Position numbers and translations under genes: made by a program. A DNA stretch of 64,000 bases, from assembly GCA_039621445.1 (NCBI GenBank), contig CP154954.1, positions 10,869,521 through 10,933,520 on the forward strand, read 5' to 3'. Shown here piece after piece: positions 53,801 through 64,000 of this stretch. The notes below the pieces were generated by a model, which was not told the origin of the DNA, ran no database searches, and saw only the letters and a list, made by a program, of their open reading frames with translations. Each line of letters opens with the position of its first letter. The stretch's first letter is position 1. Source of the DNA: Euglena gracilis (lineage: Eukaryota).

Positions 53801-55552
53801 GAGGGGGTCAAAACAAGATGCAGCACGCTTTTGAGGAGTCATTTTGCCACCTCTCTTCCATGATCTTTTCTCTTTGGTTGACTGAACAACACCGTCATTC
53901 TCAGACGAAGACATTTCTACAAGAGTGAAGAAAAAATCCGGTTCGTGATTGTTTGTGATTTTTCGTGATTGTTCGTGATTTTGTCAAAATCCCAAGTTCG
54001 TGCAGGTTCGTGCTTGTTCGTGATTGTTCGTGGCACGAACCGGTGAAAAACCCTGGCTTCTTCTACCTTTAATACCTTTGCTAATTTGGGGTGCATTTCC
54101 ATCTTTTATCAAATTTTGCATTAACCCCCGACATGGTTACATGTGTTCAGAGCACAAGGGAGGGGGAATACACCTACAGGAGTTGGAGCAGATGACAACA
54201 TGGAAAAATTCACAAAACAACAGAAACAAATTCAGAAACAAGAACAAAAACAAAATCAGAAAATCAATTATGCGTGAAATAAATAACCCGGATTTTTTTT
54301 TTTTTTTTAATTCCATTTCAATGAGAAAACAAATGTTGCCATTGAATCCTTGAATTTTTGATGAATATTTTAATTCTGTTTCCAAGGAGATGGTCGCTGA
54401 TTACGCACATAACCTGTCATCAGGTGCTAAATTATTGCAATTTGTGTGCAATAATACAGAAACACCATTATTACCTTGGATTATAATTTGATGTCGGAAA
54501 TGAAAAAAAAATGCATGTTAACTCTGTTATAGATGTACTCAAATTGAATTGTTGTGTGGACTGCTAAATAAAAACTCCAATCTCCCAAATTTTGAGTTGA
54601 TGTCAAATCTTTAGAATTCTTCATTCCGAAAAATTTTGATTCCAACATAATTGTCACCTCAACGTGAGATAGCACATGATTTCAGTTCGAAGAATAATAG
54701 CATCCCGTGGCAATGCAGTGTGTGTTTGTTGTCTGCTGATATTATGAAAGCAGAACCGTCTGTTGTAAAAAAAAAGATGGTCATACAAATTAATCACTAA
54801 ACGAACTGTTAAATGTCGAAGTGTGTGTCGAACTGCACAAGAGTATCAGACAGATTCCCCACCCCAAAATAAAACCCCCCGGATTTTCATTGCCCGACCC
54901 AAAGATAATTGCCCCGCGTCGCGTGTGTGAATGAACTGCCCCAAGGCTACCAGCGCACACCCAACCTGCTGTGGCTGCATTGTGAGGGAGCCACAGCGAT
55001 GTGAATGTCGACCCAAGCCGGGCCGGCAATCTTTTGGAGATTGTACAGCTAATGTTAAGAGCCTTGGCCTCGGCACAATGGGGGCACTTCATTTTTTGGG
55101 GGGGGGGTGCCTGCGCTGTTCTCCCTCTCTTCTCGCTCCCTCCTCTGAAACCCTGTGGCCGTGCAAAATCCGTCCGCAATAGGCGGTTTGGTCACATCGC
55201 CACGTCCGGGAAAGAAAAACAGTCAGGGGTGAGAGGCATGACGCCAATGCCGGTTCAGTGCGTTGCCTGTGTGTGCCCTGAAAATGGCCGTGGCGGGAGG
55301 GGGAGTGTGCGGAACATACAATTGCTTACCGACCCCCCGGGGGGGGGAGGGGGGGGCACTCCACTTTTTTAAAAACCAGTCAGTCACTCATTTTTTAAAA
55401 AAACCAGCCAGTCACTACCCCCCCGGGGGGGGGGGGTCGGTCACTCAGAAAAACGGCCACTTTCCAGTCACTTTAGGCCATTTTAGGCCCAAAAAATTTT
55501 TCCGGCGCCTTCGGCACCGGGGTCACTCAGCCACTTTTGCCCACTCCTGGCC

Positions 55553-57688
55553 GACCAGGGTGTGACGTAGAGCTGAGCTCTTTGGGAGACCACCCCGGCC
55601 CGGCCCGCGAAAAACGCTCATTTTCGGCTCAAAAACAGTTTTTCCGGGTCAGGGAGGCCAAAAAACATCGTTTCGGGCCTAAAATTTTTTTCGATTTTTT
55701 TCGACTTTTTTGACCCGGTTTTGACCCAACGTCAACGGGTTGGTGGCCCAAAACGGGGCGCTGGCGGTCGAAAAACGCTCATTTTTGGCTCGAAAACAGT
55801 TTTTCTGGGGGCTGGGAGGCCAAAAAACATCGTTTCAGGCAAAAAAATTTTTTCGATTTTTTTCACCTTTTTTCGTCCGGTTTTGACCCAAAATCAATGG
55901 GTTGGCGGCCCAAAACGGGGCGCTGGCGGGTCGAAAAACGCTCATTTTTGGCTCGAAAACACTTTTTTCGGGTGCGGGAGGTCAAAAATCATGGTTTTGG
56001 GCAAAAAAATTTTTTCGAATTTTTTCAACTTTTTGACCCAAAAATGGCAAAGTCCACCGGCCAGTGGGGCGGGCCCCAGCCATGGGGGGGCATGGGGGGG
56101 GGGGTCCGGGTCGGAAATTTTTTTTTCGCTCAAAAACACTTTTTTTGATGTTCTGAAATGAAAAAAAGTGTTTTTGAGCGAAAAAAAAATTTTCAAAATT
56201 TTGGGTCCCGACCTGCCACCCGACCCCCCCTCGCCCAGCCGCCCTGACGGCGCCCGGTGGGGTCCCCGAATACCCAAAACTGGCCCAAAATCGCACAACC
56301 AGGCCCCGGGAACCCCAAAAAACGGTCAAAACCCCCCCCTAAACCTAATGATTGACCCCCTGGTTTGGGTCCCAACTCCTCGTCTAGCCCGAGATACGGC
56401 CAATTTACGGTTTCGGGCCCCGAAATGGCCAGAACTGGCAAAACTGGCCCAAAACCCACAAAACGGCCATATCTCAGGCTAGGCGAGGAGTTGTCCCAAA
56501 CCGCGCATACCGATCGATAGGGCGTTCCAAGGTCGTCAAATGAGGTCGCCGTCACTTTTCCTCAACTCCGCAGCGTTTTCGAGATATTTTGAATTTTTCG
56601 ATTTTTGGACCCCCAGCCCGGCGGCCCTGACGGCGCCCGTTGGGTCCCCGAATACCCAAAACTGGCCCAAAATCGCACAACCAGACCCCGGGAACCCCAA
56701 AAAACGGTCAAAACCCCCCCCTAAACCTAATGATTGACCCCCTGGTTTGGGTTCCAACTCCTCGTCTAGCCCGAGATACGGGCAAATTACGGTTTCGGGC
56801 CCCGAATGGGCCCGAAATGGCCAAAACTGGCCAAACTGGCCCAAAACCCCAAAACGGCCGTATCTCGGGCTAGGCGAGGAGTCGGCCCAAACCGCGCATA
56901 CCGATCGATCGGACGTTCCAACGTCGTCAAATAAGGTCGCCATCACTTTTCCTCAACTCCGCAGCGTTTTCGAGATATTTTGATTTTTTCGATTTTTGGA
57001 CCCCCCAAAAACCTGCAATTTCCCCGAAAAAAAAAACGGTACGCAACTTTTTTGCTCGGGCCCGATCTCCGAACCGGCGGGGAGTTGGGGCTATTGCGGG
57101 GGTGCTTGAGCAACCTGGGACCGTCTCCTAACCTACAGGATATTCATTTTGGGGACCCGGAAATTTGGTCATATCGATAATCCGCGGGACTCCCTGCCTA
57201 CCCAGGGGGGGGGGGGCGGGGGGGGGGGGCGGGGGGTCAGGGGGGGTCCCAAACCGGGGTGGTAAGCTTCGCTCTTACTCTAAAGAGATAAGAGCTCAGC
57301 GACCAGGGTGTGACGTAGAGCTGAGCTCTTTGGGAGATCACCCCGGCCCGGCCCGGGAAAAACGCTCATTTTCGGCTCAAAAACAGTTTTTCTGGGTCAG
57401 GGAGGCCAAAAAACACGGTTTTAGGGCCAAAAAAATTTTTTCGATTTTTTTCGACTTTTTTGACCGGTTTTGACCCAAAGTCATGGGTTGGTGGCCCAAA
57501 ACGGGGCGCCGGCGGGTCGAAAAACGCTCATTTTTGGCTCGAAAACGCTTTTTTCGGGTCCGGGAGGTCAAAAATCATGGTTTTGGGCAAAAAATTTTTT
57601 TTCGAATTTTTTCGACTTTTTGACCCAAAAATGGCAAAGTCCACCGGCCAGGGGGGCGGGCCCCAGCCAGGAGGGGCATTTTTTTTTT

Positions 57689-57722
<34 letters not shown>

Positions 57723-60700
57723 AAGTGAAAAAAAAGGTTTTTGAGCGAAAATTTTTTTTTCAAAATTTTGGGTCCCGACCTGCCACCCGACCCCCACTCG
57801 CCCAGCCGCCCTGACGGCGCCCGGTGGGGTCCCCGAATACCCAAAACTGGCCCAAAATCGCACAACCAGGCCCCGGGAACCCCAAAAAACGGTCAACCCC
57901 CCCCCCCTAAACCTAATGATTGACCCCCTGGTTTGGGTCCCAACTCCTCGTCTAGCCCGAGATACGGCCAATTTACGGTTTCGGGCCCCGAACAGGCCCT
58001 AAAAGGGCCAAAACTGGCCAAACTGGCCCAAAACCCCAAAACGGGCGTATCTCGGGCTGGGCGAGGAGTTGGCCCAAACCGCGCATACCGATCGATCGGG
58101 CGTCCCAAAGTTGTGGAATGATGTACTCTTTACTTTTTCGCAACTCCGCAGCGTTTTCGAGATATTTTGAATTTTTCGATTTTTTGACCCCTGCCCGGCA
58201 GCCCTCGAACCCCCGCAGGGGTCCCCGAATACCCAAAACTGGCCCAAAATCGCACAACCAGACCCCGGGAACCCCAAAAAACGGTCAAAACCCCCCCCTA
58301 AACCTAATGATTGACCCCCTGGTTTGGGTTCCAACTCCTGGTCTAGCCCGAGATATGGGCAAATTACGGTTTCGGGCCCCGAACGGGCCCGAAATGGCCA
58401 AAACTGGCCAAACTGGCCCAAAACCCCAAAACGGCCGTATCTCGGGCTAGGCGGGGAGTCGGCCCAAAGCGCGCATACCGATCGATCGGGCGTCCCAAAG
58501 TTGTGGAAGGACGTCTTCTTTACTTTTCCTCAACTCCGCGGCGTTTTCGAGATATTTTTGAAATTTTCGATTTTTTGACCCCAAAACGACCCTGCAATTT
58601 CCCCGGAAAAAAAAACGGTAGACAACTTTTTTGCTCGGGCCATATCTCCGGACTGGCGGGGAGTTGTGGGTAACCGAAGGGCTCTGGAGAAACTAGGGAT
58701 CGTCCCCTAACCTATAGGCTTTTCACTTTGGGGGGCCGGAAATCCAATCACATCGATAATCCTCGGGTGCCCGGACCTACCCAGGGGGGGGCGGGGGGGG
58801 CGGGGGGGGTCGGACCCCCCCGTCGCCGGGGTGGTAAGCTTCGCTCTTACTCTAAAGAGATAAGAGCTCAGCGACCAGGGTGTGACGTAGAGCTGAGCTC
58901 TTTGGGAGACCACCCCGGCCCGGCCCGGGAAAAACGCTCATTTTCGGCTCAAAAACAGTTTTTCTGGGTCATGGAGGCCAAAAAACACGGTTTTGGGGCC
59001 AAAAAAATTTTTTCGACTTTTTTCGACTTTTTTGACCGGTTTTGACCCAAAGTCATGGGTTGGTGGCCCAAAACGGGGCGCTGGCGGGTCGAAAAACGCT
59101 CATTTTCGGCTCAAACACAGGCTTTCCGTGTCCGGGAGGCAAAAAACATCGTTTTGGGGCAAAAAATTTTCGATTTTTTTCGGCTTTTTTGACCTGGTTT
59201 TGACCCAAAGTCAATGGGTTGGCGGCCCAAAACGGGGCGCCGGCGGGTCGAAAAACGCTCATTTTTGGCTCGAAAACACTTTTTTCGAGTCGGGGAGGTC
59301 AAAAATCATGGTTTTGGGCAAAAAATTTTTTTCGAATTTTTTCGACTTTTTGACCCAAAAATGGCAAAGTCCACCGGCCAGGGGGCGGGCCCCAGCCAGT
59401 CGTCAAATAAGGTCGCCATCACTTTTCCTCAACTCCGCAGCGTTTTCGAGATATTTTGAATTTTTCGATTTTTGGACCCCCCAAAAACCTGCAATTTCCC
59501 CGAAAAAAAAAACGGTACGCAACTTTTTTGCTCGGGCCCGATCTCCGGACTGGCGGGGAGTTGGGGCTATTGCGGGGGTGCTTGAGCAACCTGGGACCGT
59601 CTCCTAACCTATAGGATATTCATTTTGGGGACCCGGAAATTTGGTCATATCGATAATCCGCGGGACTCCCTGCCTACCCAGGGGGGGGGGGGGGGGGGGG
59701 GGGGGGGGGTGTCGGACCCCCCCGTCGCCGGGGTGGTAAGCTTCGCTCTTACTCTAAAGAGATAAGAGCTCAGCGACCAGGGTGTGACGTAGAGCTGAGC
59801 TCTTTGGAAGACCACCCCGGCCCGGACCGGGGAAAAGGCTCATTTTCGGCTCAAAAACAGTTTTTCCGGGTCAGGGAGGCCAAAAAAACACGGTTTTGGG
59901 GCCAAAATTTTTTTTCGGTTTTTTTCGACTTTTTTGACCGGTTTTGACCCAAAGTCATGGGTTGGTGGCCCAAAACGGGGCGCTGGCGGGTCGAAAAACG
60001 CTCATTTTCGGCTCAAACACAGGCTTTCCGGGTCCGGGAGGCCAAAAAACATCGTTTTGGGGCAAAAAATTTTTTTCGATTTTTTTCGACTTTTTTGACC
60101 CGGTTTTGACCCAAAGTCAATGGGTTGGCGGCCCAAAACGGGGCGCCGGCGGGTCAAAAAACGCTCAATTTTGGCTTGAAAACACTTTTTTCGGGTCCGG
60201 GAGGTCAAAAATCATGGTTTTGGGCAAAAAATTTTTTTTCGAATTTTTTCGACTTTTTGACCCAAAAATGGCAAAGTCCACCGGCCAGGGGGGCGGGCCC
60301 CAGCCAGGAGGGGCATGGGGGGGGGGGGGTCCGGGTCGGAAAATTTTTTTTCGCTCAAAAACACTTTTTTTGATGTTCTGAAGTGAAAAAAAAGGTTTTT
60401 GAGCGAAAAATTTTTTTTCAAAATTTTGGGTCCCGACCTGCCACCCGACCCCCACTCGCCCAGCCGCCCTGACGGCGCCCGGTGGGGTCCCCGAATACCC
60501 AAAACTGGCCCAAAATCGCACAACCAGGCCCCGGGAACCCCAAAAAACGGTCAACCCCCCCCCCCTAAACCTAATGATTGACCCCCTGGTTTGGGTCCCA
60601 ACTCCTCGTCTAGCCCGAGATACGGCCAATTTACGGTTTCGGGCCCCGAACAGGCCCTAAAAGGGCCAAAACTGGCCAAACTGGCCCAAAACCCCAAAAC

Positions 60701-63700
60701 GGGCGTATCTCGGGCTGGGCGAGGAGTTGGCCCAAACCGCGCATACCGATCGATCGGGCGTCCCAAAGTTGTGGAATGATGTACTCTTTACTTTTTCGCA
60801 ACTCCGCAGCGTTTTCGAGATATTTTGAATTTTTCGATTTTTTGACCCCTGCCCGGCAGCCCTCGAACCCCCGCAGGGGTCCCCGAATACCCAAAACTGG
60901 CCCAAAATCGCACAACCAGACCCCGGGAACCCCAAAAAACGGTCAAAACCCCCCCTAAACCTAATGATTGACCCCCTGGTTTGGGTTCCAACTCCTGGTC
61001 TAGCCCGAGATATGGGCAAATTACGGTTTCGGGCCCCGAACGGGCCCGAAATGGCCAAAACTGGCCAAACTGGCCCAAAACCCCAAAACGGCCGTATCTC
61101 GGGCTAGGCGGGGAGTCGGCCCAAAGCGCGCATACCGATCGATCGGGCGTCCCAAAGTTGTGGAAGGACGTCTTCTTTACTTTTCCTCAACTCCGCGGCG
61201 TTTTCGAGATATTTTTGAAATTTTCGATTTTTTGACCCCAAAACGACCCTGCAATTTCCCCGGAAAAAAAAACGGTAGACAACTTTTTTGCTCGGGCCAT
61301 ATCTCCGGACTGGCGGGGAGTTGTGGGTAACCGAAGGGCTCTGGAGAAACTAGGGATCGTCCCCTAACCTATAGGCTTTTCACTTTGGGGGGCCGGAAAT
61401 CCAATCACATCGATAATCCTCGGGTGCCCGGACCTACCCAGGGGGGGGCGGGGGGGGCGGGGGGGGCGGGTGGGGGGCGGGGGGGTCGGACCCCCCCGTC
61501 GCCGGGGTGGTAAGCTTCGCTCTTACTCTAAAGAGATAAGAGCTCAGCGACCAGGGTGTGACGTAGAGCTGAGCTCTGTGGGAGACCAACCCGGACAGGC
61601 GCGGGAAAAAGGCTCATTTTCGGCTCAAAAACAGTTTTTCCGGGTCAGGGAGGCCAAAAAAACACGGTTTTGGGGCCAAAATTTTTTTTCGGTTTTTTTC
61701 GACTTTTTTGACCGGTTTTGACCCAAAGTCATGGGTTGGTGGCCCAAAACGGGGCGCTGGCGGGTCGAAAAACGCTCATTTTCGGCTCAAACACAGGCTT
61801 TCCGTGTCCGGGAGGCAAAAAACATCGTTTTGGGGCAAAAAAAATTTTCGATTTTTTTCGGCTTTTTTGACCTGGTTTTGACCCAAAGTCAATGGGTTGG
61901 CGGCCCAAAACGGGGCGCCGGCGGGTCGAAAAACGCTCATTTTTGGCTCGAAAACACTTTTTTCGAGTCGGGGAGGTCAAAAATCATGGTTTTGGGCAAA
62001 AAAAAATTTTTCGAATTTTTTCGACTTTTTGACCCAAAAATGGCAAAATCCACCGGCCAGGGGGCGGGCCCCAGCCAGTCGTCAAATAAGGTCGCCATCA
62101 CTTTTCCTCAACTCCGCAGCGTTTTCGAGATATTTTGAATTTTTCGATTTTTGGACCCCCCAAAAACCTGCAATTTCCCCGAAAAAAAAAACGGTACGCA
62201 ACTTTTTTGCTCGGGCCCGATCTCCGGACTGGCGGGGAGTTGGGGCTATTGCGGGGGTGCTTGAGCAACCTGGGACCGTCTCCTAACCTATAGGATATTC
62301 ATTTTGGGGACCCGGAAATTTGGTCATATCGATAATCCGCGGGACTCCCTGCCTACCCAGGGGGGGGGGGGCGGGGGGGGCGGGGGGGGGTCGGACCCCC
62401 CCGTCGCCGGGGTGGTAAGCTTCGCTCTTACTCTAAAGAGATAAGAGCTCAGCGACCAGGGTGTGACGTAGAGCTGAGCTCTTTGGAAGACCACCCCGGC
62501 CCGGACCGGGGAAAAGGCTCATTTTCGGCTCAAAAACAGTTTTTCCGGGTCAGGGAGGCCAAAAAAACACGGTTTTGGGGCCAAAATTTTTTTTCGGTTT
62601 TTTTCGACTTTTTTGACCGGTTTTGACCCAAAGTCATGGGTTGGTGGCCCAAAACGGGGCGCTGGCGGGTCGAAAAACGCTCATTTTCGGCTCAAACACA
62701 GGCTTTCCGGGTCCGGGAGGCCAAAAAACATCGTTTTGGGGCAAAAAATTTTTTTCGATTTTTTTCGACTTTTTTGACCCGGTTTTGACCCAAAGTCAAT
62801 GGGTTGGCGGCCCAAAACGGGGCGCCGGCGGGTCGAAAAAAGCTCAATTTTGGCTCAAAAACACTTTTTACGGTTCCGGTAGGACAAAAATCATGGTTTT
62901 GGGCAAAAAATTTTTTTTCGAATTTTTTCGACTTTTTGACCCAAAAATGGCAAAGTCCACCGGCCAGGGGGGCGGGCCCCAGCCAGGAGGGGCATGGGGG
63001 GGGGGTCCGGGTCGGAAATTTTTTTTTCGCTCAAAAACACTTTTTTTGATGTTCTGAAGTGAAAAAAAAGGTTTTTGAGCGAAAATTTTTTTTTCAAAAT
63101 TTTGGGTCCCGACCTGCCACCCGACCCCCACTCGCCCAGCCGCCCTGACGGCGCCCGGTGGGGTCCCCGAATACCCAAAACTGGCCCAAAATCGCACAAC
63201 CAGGCCCCGGGAACCCCAAAAAACGGTCAACCCCCCCCCCCTAAACCTAATGATTGACCCCCTGGTTTGGGTCCCAACTCCTCGTCTAGCCCGAGATACG
63301 GCCAATTTACGGTTTCGGGCCCCGAACAGGCCCTAAAAGGGCCAAAACTGGCCAAACTGGCCCAAAACCCCAAAACGGGCGTATCTCGGGCTGGGCGAGG
63401 AGTTGGCCCAAACCGCGCATACCGATCGATCGGGCGTCCCAAAGTTGTGGAATGATGTACTCTTTACTTTTTCGCAACTCCGCAGCGTTTTCGAGATATT
63501 TTGAATTTTTCGATTTTTTGACCCCTGCCCGGCAGCCCTCGAACCCCCGCAGGGGTCCCCGAATACCCAAAACTGGCCCAAAATCGCACAACCAGACCCC
63601 GGGAACCCCAAAAAAAAAACGGTCAAACCCCCCCCCTAAACCTAATGATTGACCCCCTGGTTTGGGTTCCAACTCCTGGTCTAGCCCGAGATATGGGCAA

Positions 63701-64000
63701 ATTACGGTTTCGGGCCCCGAACGGGCCCGAAATGGCCAAAACTGGCCAAACTGGCCCAAAACCCCAAAACGGCCGTATCTCGGGCTAGGCGGGGAGTCGG
63801 CCCAAAGCGCGCATACCGATCGATCGGGCGTCCCAAAGTTGTGGAATGACGTCCTCTTCACTTTTCCTCAACTCCGCAGCGTTTTCGAGATATTTTGAAA
63901 TTTTCGATTTTTTGACCCCAAAACGACCCTGCAATTTCCCCGAAAAAAAAAAACGGTAGACAACTTTTTTGATCGGGCCATATCTCCGGACTGGCGGGGA
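55553..64000. repeat. Complex higher-order tandem array (~2.68-kb period made of ~0.9-kb and ~1.77-kb related subunits), running off the window end
   Basis: Marker CCAGGGTGTGACGTAGAGCTGAGCTC at ~55556, 57303, 58875, 59777, 61551 and 62456; internal ~125-bp and ~370-bp sub-repeats. Confidence 0.95.

Noticed and set aside
55553-64000. rDNA, 5S/SL-RNA repeat or protein-coding ORFs in the array
   Set aside because: No recognisable rRNA, 5S or spliced-leader sequence; the ORFs are K/F/G/P-rich products of homopolymer runs.

Overview
Eukaryotic, repeat-rich genomic DNA. Its intron structure points to a euglenid (Euglena-like; inference): GC-rich exons are split mostly by non-GT-AG 'nonconventional' introns with base-paired ends (N3-CAG...CTG-N5/6|R), plus some GT-AG introns. 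Three fragmented minus-strand genes can be assembled by hand. (1) A CWC24/RNF113A splicing factor (CCCH + RING), ~45.8-50.5 kb. (2) A low-complexity region followed by an IFI44-like P-loop GTPase domain, ~19.8-42.6 kb, possibly two genes. (3) A signal-peptide protein with a Bmp/PnrA-like solute-binding domain, 18,871 to <1,087, probably continuing past the left edge. Introns are packed with MITEs, microsatellites and nested insertions. The last 8.4 kb is a ~2.68-kb higher-order tandem array. Main finding: two nonconventional introns are each exactly one hAT-like MITE (CAG...CTG termini) plus one copy of a perfect 8-bp target-site duplication split 3+5, which would explain the N3/N5 spacing of these introns. 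A frameshifted CGGBP1/hAT-like transposase relic is also present. Exon boundaries were derived manually and need RNA confirmation. Homopolymer errors and one probable assembly artefact (50.9-53.3 kb) are likely.
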